This document shows, one piece after another, positions 11,401 to 24,900 of a stretch of 64,000 nt of DNA. The stretch lies in the NCBI RefSeq assembly GCF_006345805.1, contig NC_043000.1:125922001-125986000 (forward strand). Reading direction: 5' to 3'. The translations under genes and the position numbers were made by a program. The stretch comes from Octopus sinensis. Its lineage: Eukaryota. The notes below the pieces were generated by a model. The model had not been told where the DNA came from. It ran no database searches and saw only the letters and a list, made by a program, of their open reading frames with translations. Within the stretch, counting starts at the first letter, position 1. Each line of letters begins with the position of its first letter.

Positions 11401-11876
11401 AAGTATTGATTGTTGGACTGAGTGGTGTGTTGTGTTGTGTTGTTGGACAAAACATTTCATTTCATTTTGCTCCAGTCCACTTGGCTGACAAAAAGGAATA
11501 ATCCTGTGATGAACAGACATCCCATCCAGATGGGGAATATATATATATCACGGAAACTAGGAAACCAGCCCTATGAGTCAATATGACTCAGAAAGGGTCT
11601 TTATCCTTTAACCTATATATACAACAGACTCTTTGAGTTTCTGCCTGTTCAAACCACTCACAAGGCTTTGGTCAGCCCAAGGTGTCACACAGTGGAACTC
11701 AACCCAGGACCATGTGATCAGTAAACAAGTTTTTTACCACACAGCCACACCTGCACCAATAGACACACACACATACATATAAGGATACATAGGAAGAGAG
11801 AGATTGAATGCGTTGTATATAATGAGAGAGATAGTGATATATACATATATATATTTTTGAGCACTTATGTATGTTT

Positions 11877-11908
<32 letters not shown>

Positions 11909-12194
11909 GGCATACAGAGAGAATAAGATTTCAATAAATATAACTGCTTTCAAATAAACTCTTATCTTTTCAATTTTTTTCAAACCAATCTTATTTCAAA
12001 CTGCAGGAAGCAATAAAAAATGTAATATGGTGGTCATATTTAGTGCACTTACATTATTATTGGGCATTAAATTCTCTATCTATTTTGTTGTTGTGGTTGT
12101 TAGATACTTTTTGTTTTGTTTTGTTTTGTTTTGTTGATATTCATAAGTTTTCTCTCTATCTCATAAAACAAACTTTTCAAAAATCCACCTTTTA

Positions 12195-12379
12195 TATGAG
12201 CGTAGTTATGTAAAATAATTTTAATCATAAATATATATATACATACATATACACACACACACATACATACATGCATACATACATATATGTACATACACAC
12301 ACACATATATATATACACACCACACATGTATGTAAATATACATACATACATTCGTAAAAATGTATATACACGTACACAC

Positions 12380-12410
<31 letters not shown>

Positions 12411-12580
12411 AATACATATTCACTCACACACACACACATATATATATACATATGTGCATAAATATACAAACATGTATACACACCCACATATATACATATG
12501 CGCATAAATATACATACATACATTACACATACATAATTATACATATACACACATGCATGCATGCTAATGACATACATGCA
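12195..12580. repeat. Compound (TA)/(CA) microsatellite, ~390 bp
   Basis: Continuous TATA/CACA mosaic; it generates the spurious YIH/VCM ORFs. Confidence 0.95.
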
Positions 12581-13271
12581 CACAGACATTTATTTAAAAG
12601 ATTTTTGTTACTGCATATCATTTCATGTCTCACAGCTCATCTATTTCATAATTTTCTTCCATCTATTTTAATTAATCTGCCACTATTTCTGCTTATTCAT
12701 TCGTTATTATCTGTTCCACCTCAATATTCTTTATCTCGCAAACAAAATACCAGGTCCTTTTAATTTCCTGTCGTTTGATTCATGCAAAGTTACTCTAATT
12801 CTCTTCGTATGTTTGCGTTAAATAACCAAATGATTAAATTCTTTGAATCTTCTTCTCCTGCCATTTGCCTGGCTTCCATCTCCATTTCTCGGATTTTGAT
12901 TCTGTTACGTCCTCCATATCAGCAAATCTTACATTTCTATGCAGCTGTATTGTTGACAGAAGCTCTCTAAGTTGTCAGCAGCTAGCACTGGTCAAACTCT
13001 TGACTACATATTCTTTCAAATGGCTACACTTTGGCTGTTATATTTTCTTACACTGTGAGAATGTGTGTGTGGGTGTGAGAGAGAGCAAGAGAATTTATTT
13101 CCTAAGTACATGGTTCTGGTTTGATTCTGCTGTATAGTGCCTTGGGCAAATATCTACCTTGTGAGTGACACCTGGAAGACAGGTTTGTATAGGATCAAGT
13201 TGTATATGCGTGTGCTTGCTGACATGTCAAGTTATGCACTTTCATGAGAAACTGAATGTAATACAACGGTT

Positions 13272-13499
13272 CAATAAGTAGATGGATTCTTCAAGCCAAG
13301 CCAACTAGCATGAGAACTAAAAGCAGACCAAGACGAAAATGATTGGATAATATCCATCATCTCAGTTGGTTGCGCTTGGGAATCCAGTATGGAAAGTGTA
13401 ATGATGATTGCTTCTGAGAGGACCATACGGAAGAAGGGCTTGATGACTCTACCCCTACAGCCTTTCCAGGAATAGTGAGTAGAGAAAATGGATGGATAG
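13272..13499 (+). mobile_element. 3' end of a second, different RTE/RTEX-like LINE
   Basis: A degenerate frame reads ISRWILQAKPTSMRTKSRPRRK*LDNIHHLSWLRLGIQ.../...MESVMMIASERTIRKKGLMTLPLQPFQE*, followed by a GATGGATGG tail. Confidence 0.55.
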
Positions 13500-14916
13500 T
13501 GATTCAATAAGTAGAGTTCAATGAAATAAGTTTCAGACAAATAAGGGCAAGGAGTCAGCAGGATTTACTCAAACCATTGAGGCTTTGTGCCCCACCACCA
13601 CCACCCCGGCTACAGCCCAGTGACTAAAAGTAATAAAAGACTATACAGGTACACCCATTTCCCAATGCTGACATGTTTTGGACAGGTTTATAATACAGTA
13701 AATCCCTGCATTGTCTTTTTTCCTGATCCCTTACTCTGATATCTTACTATGTTTTTTTCTTGTTTTTTCTCACTTTTCTGTACTCAAAGTAATTTCCTAT
13801 CACAAAAACATGTGTATAAAAATAAAACCGTGTCAGTGCTGTGTAAAAGTACCCAGTACGCCCTGTAAACTGGTTGGCGTTAGGAAGGGCATCCAGCCAT
13901 AGAAACTATCCCAAAACAAACAATGGAGCCTGAAGAGGCTTTCAGCTGGTCAGCTCCTGCCAAGCCATCCAACCCATGCCAGCATGGAAAACAGATGTTA
14001 AATGATGATGATGATGATGATGTATATGTAAATACTGTTAATTAATCAAGCTAGAAGGGGAGCTGGTGTGACTTTTGTTGAACTGCTAGAAATTGCTGCC
14101 AGATTCTCCTCAAATTACACAGTACTGTCTTAGAAATGTAAGGATGTGTTTGCTAATGTATTGCTTGACTTAGAAAATGACAAGATGGTCACAGCTGGAA
14201 TGGATTTGATTTGTCCATTCATTCAAGGCTAATTTTGAGTTAAACAACAAGCAACATTAGCTAATACCCCTGATACCAAGTCATCACTTACTCATTTTTG
14301 TTTTTTTCTCAGATTTGTTGTAAATTAGTTTTGTGCTTCCTATGGGCCACATTAAATTTTCTTCAGGTTGACAGAATCAGAAAAGTCCTTGGGCTAAACA
14401 ACATCTACTCATGTAAAGTACAGTATAAAGCTTATCTCAAACTGCCACTCTGTCTCGCAAGGATCCAATCAATAAAACGAAAAGACAATATATTCAAATA
14501 GTGTCAAAAGTTACAATCAAATCACGTTAGAATAAAACATTCAGACAGATAGATGGAGTATCAAAAAAATAAAATGTTTTTATAGAAGACCATAAATTTT
14601 TGAAATTACTTGCTGAATGGGAAAATAGGACAGACTGCAGTATGTGGAGACATTAGAAAGACAATTGAGAGGTTCTTGAGTTATTGGTTGGAAGAAATCT
14701 TTACTATGGCATTGAATGGTTTTAGAATACAACAACTGAGACAGATAGTATAATTAGAATTACAAATGAGGTAGGTAATTGACTGTTTAATTTTTGTAGG
14801 TTGAGTAATAAGGCTTATTAGATAGATAGAGATGTTAGTCTTTTTATTTTTTACATCTTAAAAGTAATTATATTGTCATAAAAATATTATTTTTTTGTGT
14901 CTTGGGAGAGTCATTA

Positions 14917-15185
14917 AATAGACCCCCTTCGGTCATGAATGCCCATAGAATTGCACCTAGAAAGTTCCCCGCCGAGGCAGAAGTCCAGGCAAGGTTGTTT
15001 ATGGAAGACCAGCAGTCGGTCATGCATACCAGACTCCCCTCTTCATGTCACTGATGTTATCCAAGAGAAAGGCAAAGGCTAATATAGCTTAGCACCAGTG
15101 GCATCACAACTCATTTCTACAGCTGAGTGAACTGGAGCAACATGAAATGAAGTGTCTTGCTCAAGAATAACAACACACACACACA
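14917..15185 (-). mobile_element. Family D SINE (CORE-like body, different tail) inserted into a palindromic element
   Basis: rc TTCTTGAGCAAGACACTTCATTTCATGTTGCTCCAGTTCACTCAGCTGTAGAAATGAG is followed by a tail unrelated to that of the 53314 copy. Confidence 0.7.
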
Positions 15186-17157
15186 GAGGTTCAATTCCAC
15201 TTCTTTATTGTTTGTCAGTTGATTAAGCATCCAACCAACTGACTAATTGATTGTTTGTTTAATGTGTTGGTTCAACATTCAAAACCAGCACATTAAACAA
15301 TCAATCGATTAATTGGTTGGTTAGTTAGATATATAACCAACTGACTCACAATAAAGAAGTGGAAATAAGCCTTGGTATAATGACTCTCCCCAGACACAAC
15401 AAAATTTGTTTCAACACACAAATTCACATCAAGAATCTTGCAAAGCAAATACAAAAAAAATTAAGATATATATATATATATTCATGACCTCCTATTTTTA
15501 TTAATCCATTTTAGGAAACTAGTATGTAGCTGCGAATAGAAACCTTGAAATGTAAGTTGTAATATCAGATTGAAGTGAAGAGTATTTATTTAGACCTGAA
15601 AAAGCCTGGAGAATATTTTCAATAAAACTGAAATTCTTATCATGGATAAAATATATATGTAGGTGATTGTTATACGGAGATGATTACAAAAATAGTTGGC
15701 ACAGGTGAGGCAGTGGCACAACTCATGCCAATATGGAAAAGTTGATACTTATAGGTACATGCAATGGCTGTGTGGTTAACAAGCTTGCTTTGCAGCCATG
15801 TAATTTTATGTCCAGTCCCACTGCACCGCATCTTGGGATAGTGTCTTCTACTATAGATCCAGGTCAATCTTATGAGCGGAAATGGTAGGTGGAAACTGTG
15901 TGAAAGCTTGTTATGTATATGAGAATGTGCATATATGTGTTTTTGCTTGTCCCCAACACCAACTGCTGTTGGTTTGTTTACATTCTTGTAATTTACCAGG
16001 AATAAGTAGCACACTTTAAAAAATAAGCACTGGGATTGATTTGTTCCCATAAACCCTTCAAGATAGTGCCCCAGCATGGCCACAATCCAATCACTTTTCT
16101 CTTTTTCCAAGTTTCCTCAGCTTTTCCACCAATTTTACATGGGTTAAAGATGTACTGACTTAACTTCACTCTTTTGTATCCATTCTTGAAGACTTTTTTC
16201 TTTTTTGTAATTATTTCATTACCTACTCACCTTTAAAATAAAATTAGTATCTATTTCTTTAATTAGTAGTGAGAAACAGGTGAAATAATGACTTTTGCCT
16301 TAGAACACTACACAATATCTACAGCTAAATTTGAAATTATCTCCTACTTATCAGTACTTTCACTTTATAAATCTATCTTTTCATTTTTTTTCTTTTTTTG
16401 CTGCCAATGGCAATAAAAATGTTTCCTCAAATAACCTCGTTGCCAGTACACCGTCTAAGTCTATCATGAGAATCATTTTGTAATTAGTTTTTGGATTCTT
16501 GGATGACTTTATTTTCGCACAGTAATTTACATCAAAAGTACCCTATCGCTTATAACCTACTTACTTCAGCCCTACTCAGATAGCATCTTGACTGTCACAC
16601 ATATATATATTGTACCTGTCTTATCAGATCATGAAAGAAGTAAAAGCTTAATGCAACTAGAATATGTTATCTTCTTTATCTAAAGTCAAATTGACAAGAA
16701 TATAAATTTATAAAGTAACAACAACATGTTCATTTTCGTTTTATTTCTTGATAATATTGTGTATTATGAAGTGTCAAGAACATTTTATCGTACATCTACA
16801 AACTAGTCTCTGATACAGTTCCACAGCTGTGTGTGTGTGTGTGTGTGTGTTTTCAATGGCTATCATAACTCCTCCGCAATGTAATTGTTTTAGTTGCAAT
16901 GCAAAGTCTTGGATCAAGTCACTTTTCAAACATGTACAACTCTTATAGATGAAGATGATATCTTTCCATTGCAAATTTTATAAGGGAAGAGCTAAACTTG
17001 ATTGAATCTGTCATATAGATGCTAGAAAGAGAGGAAGGACAGTCGGTGCTGACAGGATTTGAACTCAGCATGTATAGAGAAGTAATGAGTTGCCACAGTT
17101 CAGTCTCTGTTATTCCATGGATTCTGGCATCCAGTAAGAATGTTTAATTCACTTTAA

Positions 17158-17376
17158 CCATCTTGTCATTATATTTACAATGAGTAAACTGCCAATGTGT
17201 TTCAATTAATTTTATATATAATCAATATTTTGAAGGAATTTAATAAAATATCTATAACTTTATATATTGGTGTTGTGCAACCAAAATTTCATATCTTTCA
17301 CATTATGAGATTTTGATCAAAATTTAAATATAAATTCTTTAGTTGGGTGGTCTCACGTGGATCGGCTCTAAAAGGG
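17158..17376. mobile_element. Diverged piggyBac-type MITE related to 47009-47230 (opposite orientation), 219 bp
   Basis: TTAA at 17154-17157 and 17377-17380; ends in AAAAGGG-TTAA. It shares TTCAATTAATTTT and GAATTTA.TAAAATA with the reverse complement of the 47 kb copy. Partial relatives lie near 19080-19195 and 19737-19900. Confidence 0.6.
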
Positions 17377-19925
17377 TTAATAAGGTAGTTTATATAATAG
17401 TATCATCACCGCAACCAATAATCTCATTGTAACATTCTTTATTCGATGTTTCTTACTCAATTTCTTTTTCTCAATTCACTATAGATCTTCATTCACTTCT
17501 AATTCTTCCTGCTGTTCTGCCTTCTTACTTCAGTAGTTTGCCTTCCATAAAAAGAAACACTCCCCTCCTTGCTGACAGAGTTTGGAAGTTATTAAAATTA
17601 AAATCTATTTTGGTGATTCAAAAAATGCAGGAGGAAAGAAAATGGGGAAGACAGTTAAAGTTAGGCTGAAGTTTCGGTGAAATCTCAGTCGGAACAAAAA
17701 TGTGTTAAGCAAAAATACAAAGACATTTCGCTATTAAAAGGTTAAAAGTGAAGGTTGTTTTGATTTCTGGGGGAAAAAAAAAAAGACATTCTGTTTTTGA
17801 TAATATCAATTTCAGTTGTTGTATTATTGACTTACGCTCTTCTTTCAAGTCAGTTGCATGGAGTGCAGCAATTGTGTCCTGATGTTAGGATGAATACTAC
17901 AGTGAGGAAGCTAAAATTACATGTTCAATCTAATTTTCATTTGCCGTCAAAATATGCCCGGTCTTGGAGATAATGTCGTTATATTTGCCTGTAATTTTCC
18001 TTTCAACAGTTAATAACTTGACATCTCTTTACAAATGATGCTGCTATTCAAGACCTCCTTTTTTTATTTATACTCTCATTCTCTAATTTTCTCTTTATCA
18101 TTTCTTTTTCCTCATTTTATAACTTTGATTTTGTTCTCTGAGCAATTCCTAGTGTGCTTTGTATAGCAAACTATCGGTCAAAATTAAGTTAATGTAAGCT
18201 TTGTCCAAAATAGCTTTAAAAATGTTTGTTATTGCAGTGAAGACTTAGTTCGACTGTAGTCATTGGATTAACTGAACTGACACATCTTGCTACAGTGAAC
18301 AGCAAAGCCAAAACCTACAATAAGCTCAATATCTGTGTTATTGATCTCACTGTCTATCTAGTTACACCTTCTTCAATCTTACACTGTACAATTTCTCAGT
18401 TCTCTCTATCAGTTTATTACTTGGCTTTACATTTTTGGCTTCTGCTAATCAGTTTCATTTTGTCAGTGGAGTAAATCTCATATATTAAATCTGTTAAGAT
18501 AGAAGAAATTAGTTGAAAGGATAGTTTTGGTGGTAGTGTAGTGGTTATTGTTGTTGTTATTATTATTGTTGAAATAAATCTTGCCCAAAATAATGTAGTG
18601 TGTAAGCTTTTGTGCTCTTATTTAAAATATGAAATTTTCTTTTTAAAACCAGTTGCCTGTACAAAGTTGTAATCATATAATGAAATAGAATTTCTGTTAT
18701 TCTCATTGAATTTATGTGAAACCCTTGCTTTGTCCGTTTTCATTTTAACAATAATTTATTACATTTCAAAATATATTTTAGAAAATGTATTTCGTAAAGA
18801 GAAAAGGAATGTGGTTTCCTTATATGCTGCAAATGCTTTCTTTACAAATCCTATTTCATTATCACTAAGAAAATAACATTTTTATGGGATAGGCTTCTTA
18901 CATAAGATATCAGTGGACTTCTGGATAAATCTGTTTCTTTTCAATAATTTGAATAAAGAGAGTCAGTGAATTGGTAAATGGTGGGTTGTTATTTAACCCC
19001 AGGTCAGCTCTTATCCAGCAATCCTAGGATCGAATGTTACGACTATCCCATCATTTTCTTAAGTTTTTGTATCTATAAGCTGGTGTTCGGAATATAACTA
19101 GCACAAAATTATGGTTTAAATATGAAGATATTAAAAAAGAAGGCTTAGTATTATAAATCAAGGAGCAGTCTCAAGTGGGTTGGTATCAAAAGAATGTTAT
19201 ATTTTTACTTGTTTCTGTCATTTAGGTTGTTCCATACTGGAACATTGCCTTGAAGAATTTTAGTTCAGGGCATTGACTCCAGTACTTTTTTTTTTAAAGC
19301 TTAGTATTTATTCTATTGATCACTTTTGCCAAACTGTTAAGTTACAGGAATATGTAATACCAACATCAGTTGTCAAGTGGTGGTGGGAGACACACACACA
19401 AACACACGGATATACAGTGGGTTTCTTTCAGATTCTGTCTGCCAGATGCACTCACAAGGCTTTGGTGAGTCCAAGGCTATAGTAGAAGACACTTGCCCAA
19501 GGTGCCACTCAATGGGACTGAATCCCGGAACATGATTTAGAAACAAACTTCTTACTACCTAGCCACACCAGTACCTTATGAATATATTTTTAACACCTCA
19601 AAATGTAAGAAAACAATTATAAGATAGCGAGAAATTTAGATTATATTTCTTTTAGTATAATGTAAGCTTTCACTCAGCCCTTTTGGCTCCTGCCAGGATA
19701 AAGGTCTAGTAAAGCATGATATATGTATAGTTTGTTTTAACCTTCTCCTGACTATATTCATTCAGAGTAGATTGCCAATGTGTTCCAATCAATTTTCAAT
19801 ATAATCAAGATTTCAAAGAGATTTAATAAAATGTCTACAACTTTACTTATTGGCATATATTATGTTGGCATCGGTTTCACCTGAAACTTCATATCATTCA
19901 TGTTAGGATGGTTGCAAGTAGGTTG

Positions 19926-19967
<42 letters not shown>

Positions 19968-20047
19968 GCCAAACAGGTTGTTTATGTTTAAACAAAATCA
20001 TTATTTAAAAAGTATATATAATCAACACTTTTTATAATTACTAATTG

Positions 20048-20404
20048 AAGATGGTGAGATGGCAGAATCGTAAGCATGCTGGGCGAAATACTTTGTGTTA
20101 TTTCGTCTGTCTTTATGTTCTGAGATCAAATTCTGTCAAGGGCGACTTTGCTTTTCATTCTTTCAGAGTCTATGAAATAAGTACCAGTTAAGCATTGGGC
20201 TCAGTGTAATCGACTTAACTACCTCTGGGTATGAATACAGAAAAACTAAAGGAAGTCGTATTCCTCTGTCAAGCCATGCTAAGCCAGTGTTGCAAAATAG
20301 GTTCATCAAACCAGTATGACCCCAAGCCATTCTCTGGTGGAGAGAATATGCTGAGATCCTTGTTCTGCAGTGGACTGAACATGAACAACCCAGTCCAATC
20401 CAAT
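20048..20404 (+). mobile_element. SINE family A with an alternative tail ending in (CCAAT)n
   Basis: The head and central domain are followed by a tail homologous to 2080-2278 (TCATCAAACCAGTAT, GAGAGAATA, CTGCAG.GGACTGA.CATG, TCCAATCC). Confidence 0.75.
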
Positions 20405-21833
20405 TGTAATTATAATTAGACATTTATGGAGCTACTATGTGGTTGTTCAACATGTTTGATAGAGCAGCAAGCCAAATCTTCCTCAAAGAGTAAGGTGGTC
20501 AACCCAGAAAGGTTTTCTCTGCTGTTTGCTACAGGGTATTTGTTGCAAATGGTTAAGACATTAGTTCTCTTCTTAGTGACAAGGTTAAGGGTTTGATCTC
20601 AATGTGTGACATCTTAGGCAAATTCCTTCTTCAATGGCCATAGGTCAACCACTGCCATGTGAGTATTCTTTTATTCTGTTGCTTGTGTCAGTCATTTGAC
20701 TGCAACAATACTGGAGCGCCACCTTTAGTGGAACAAATCAACCCCAGGACTTATTCTTTTTAAGCCTACTACTTATTCTATGTTTTTGCAGAACCACTAA
20801 GTTTTGGGGGACATAAATACACCAAAATTGGTTGTCAAGCGATGTTTTAGAGACAAACACACACACACATATATATGACTGGTTTCTTTCAGTTTCCATC
20901 TACCAAAATCCACTCACAAGGCTTTGGTTGTCCAGAAGCTATAGTAGAAGGCACTTGCTCAAGGTGCCACACAGTGAGACTGAACCCAGAACCATGAGGT
21001 TGGGAAGCAAGCTTCTTACCACACAGCCACATGGATAAATGAATAGTAAAAGGAAGCCCATCAGATGGGCCTGCACTTGAAATTCAAAGGGCCAGCCTTG
21101 TCACAGAGGATTACATTAAGGGTACACATGTCTGTGAGATACTCAGCCACTTACTTGCTTATTCAATGTATCTGTTAGTTCAGTTGATCGAACAACTGAA
21201 AGCCCATTCTCAGAAACCTTGACAGAGATCCATTTATTTATTAGTTGCATTGTATTTTGTGTGTGTCTGTCATAAATGGATTACATCCCAGATTATGGCT
21301 TCACTCAGTTGGCCTTAATGTACACATCAGCAGATTGAGAAGAAATGACAGTTAATGGTGTTTGCTGCATTTTCAAGTGATCATGTAATCATTAAAGTTA
21401 ACTGTCATTCATCATTGCACCATTACCAGTTGTCCCTCATCAATCCATTGCTGTGTACAGCCGACTGAAAGACTGATTGAACAAACTGATGATTCAGAAA
21501 CAATTCCTTTTCACCTCACATGTTAACAAATACATGTCAGCCTTTACACTCTTTCAGCACAAGGCCTAATGTGATTTTTTTTTTTGTTTTTATGCCACAA
21601 ATGAACAGAAACTGTGTATATGTGTGTATAAATAGATTGGCTACTTGTTTCTCTGGGATTGGTCACATGATGTAGACATCTGATGAGACCCCTTCCCTTT
21701 CAACAAGGGTCAAAAATTGATTGAATCTGTTCATCATCTATGGAGGAATAGGCAAAATTGACATATTTGTATGTCTACTATATAGGTTTACACACTCACT
21801 CACTCACACATGTGTGTATGTATGTATGTGTAC

Positions 21834-21908
<75 letters not shown>

Positions 21909-24900
21909 ACAAACTGGTAGAATTGTTGGATTTCTGATAGACTGCCCGATAGTGTTCGTTCCAACTCTGCATTCTGAGTTCTAATCCTGCCAATGTTGAT
22001 TTTGCTTTTTATCTCGGGGTGGGAGGAGACAGTGGATTTGGAAGACTTATAAAAACATCAGATTGAATCTCTTGTGATGTATGTTTGTTCTGGCTCTTTG
22101 CATTCTGAATTCAAATACCACCATGGCCCGTAAGTGTTGTAGACTTCATCCGTTACCCATTTTAAAACCATCCCCTAGCACCCTGGGTGCATTTAGCAGA
22201 GTCCACTCTGATGAAAGCATTCAGATCAGGCCTCCTGTTTGAGTATACTTTCCATTTAACTTTCCTCTTGATTAAAAGTTAAAAACTAAAAGGCTCTGTG
22301 TTTTGACACTATAATGTATCTTTGAATAAATCTAAATTTTCTCTCAATACTGCATTTGTGTAAATTAATTTAAACAATTAATTAAACAGGACAGTTGTAA
22401 ATAACTGTCTTTTAAACAATCTCTTAGTGGACAGAAAAAGAGGGATCGATCCAACAAGTTTTATTTCATTTTGGAATCTCTTCAAGAACAAATCATCGTT
22501 TCTATAATTGTCCATGAAAACATTGTATTTATAGCCACTAGAATTAAGGGCTTCATTATACTGGAAAATCTGATTTGCATAAATAGCATGTTGGCAGCTA
22601 GTTCTATTGATAATGATGCATTAAGCTGTTTCTAGTTCGATATAATAATGCACTCCAGAATAAATCTTAGTCTTTATTTGACACTGCGTGTAAATAAAAC
22701 CAAATTGAATTTAGTTTAATTTACTCAAACAATACAAAGGTATTGCTAGAGGATAAATTGGGTTGGCTAAACTGTTCAGTGCAGAGGAAAATTCAGTATG
22801 CTTCAATATGGTAGGACTGTAGTAGCCAAGCCAAATTAATGAATAAAGGTATATGGAAGAGTTGAAGGGTTTTTGAGTAAGGTGTGTGCTTGGTTACCAA
22901 ATGCCGATAAGATAAAAATCAGCAGAAAAAAAATTACATTTTCCATGGAGTGGTGTCATGCTTCTCATCTTGAATTATTTATGACTTTAAAAAAATATGA
23001 TTCAGATCCCGAATAATTTCAAGAGCATGCTTTTATTCTATCCTTTCCTGTAGTTATCTGAGTGTCTGACGGTCTGTCTAGTGAGCTAGCTAGCTAGCTA
23101 GCTGGCTACATGATGGCAACATTATATTAGCTATTTATTAAGCAAATAAACTATTTAATTCACTGAAAATAACATGTGAATTTAATAAATGGACAATATA
23201 ACTCTTTGAAAATGCATCAATATCAATTTTCAATACATATGACAGGTCAATTCCCTTTCGAAACATTTCCATGTTAGGTGCATTTTGTGTGTGTGGATAT
23301 GCACATGTGTGCATGCATTCCGCTGTATATCTAAGCATAGACGTGTATATTTATCTATAAATATGCTTCAATAATCATATGTTCTGTCATGCTCATGCTG
23401 AATAGCTTTACATCATGCATACATGCCAACAAGCTGACTGCATGTGCTTTTTTTATAGAATTAAATTCGTATGACAGTGATAAAGCTCTTCTCACTTTTC
23501 AATATTTACCTAGCAGAATTGAGAGAGTAACGGACAGAATGCATTGTGGCAATTAATTCCATCCTTTTTACATTTTGAGTTAAATTCCAGCTTAGGTAGA
23601 CTTTGACTTTTTCATCATTCCAGAGATGACAAATTAAGTACCAAACACTGGTATCAATATAATCACCTATTCCCTCCCCTCAAACATAAAGTATAATTAT
23701 GCGTATGTTAAACAGAAATCAATATTTATGCTTAAAAATATATCAAGCAAATTCAGTTTAAAATGTAAGGAATATTTCATTGTAGTATTTGAAAACAATT
23801 ATGTTTTACATTAATTTAAAAAACAAAAACCATGGCAATGAAATACAATAACCTAGATTTTATTTTATTTATCTATTTTTTTGTTATATCTTAAATGTAT
23901 TTTATGCGGTTGTAGTTTTTTTTTTTTTCGTTATTGTTCTTTCAGTGGCTAGTAGTGAACAGACAGCTTGTAAAATTATTATGTTTCTAATTAATTACAC
24001 ATTGAGATTGACTTTGTGTTTATTTCTTTGTTTTTTTAGTGGGGCGGGTTGTCCTTTTCTTTTGGTTTTATCTTTTATACAAAATATTTTGTACATTAAT
24101 TATAAATACATTATTTTCATCATCATCATCTTCATAATCATCACACATTATCATACCTAACTTTCAGCAAACATATGTCACTGTGAGTTTTCCATGCTTG
24201 TATGATTACTGTACCATTCTGTAGACATATTACAGAACAATACAGAACTTTGTAATATAAAGAGCTCTGCAGTCAAACTCTTGGGACAGGCATAGAGATT
24301 TATCATCTCAATATGTCAAGTTGTAATCTAGGTTAGGTGCAATGGTCCTTATTTTCCTATGGTGAATTTATGTAGTCTGTCAATCAAGTTGTATGCTGTA
24401 TTCTTCCAAGTAGATCAAGTTATATGACTACAGAACAGATATAAAATATAATCCAATTGGTGAATGGCATCTGAAGTTCACCAAGTTTTCTGTGCTTTAT
24501 TTCACCAGAATATCCACTTCCTTCTGCTAACATATGCATCAAAGGATTTGTTTTGGGGAAAGAAAAAAAAAATTCTCTTGTGTTTCAAACATGGCAACCA
24601 GTACAATATTTTGATTTTTTTTTTTTTGTCGTTGTTGTTTTTTTCCTGCAGTCAATATGTATTTCTAATTAATTGATTAAATGTTCTTTACTTTTGCTGT
24701 TTTACAATTAAAAGCATTATTTCAACATCAATTTACATGCAACCAAATCGTCACTACTATCAACCATCCCTCCATCATACATCAATATTAAGTTCTTTCA
24801 TTTATAATCTTTTTATTTATAATTTTCAAATGAACTTCATAACCAAACTAACAATCACATTTCTTTGCTCTAACTTTGCTAAATATTTTCTCTTTCCTCA

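Noticed and set aside
23946-23969. 24-nt phase-0 exon (WLVVNRQL) after a strong pyrimidine tract
   Set aside because: The donor TT|GTAAAA is weak, and the insertion would fall at the start of the FHA fold.
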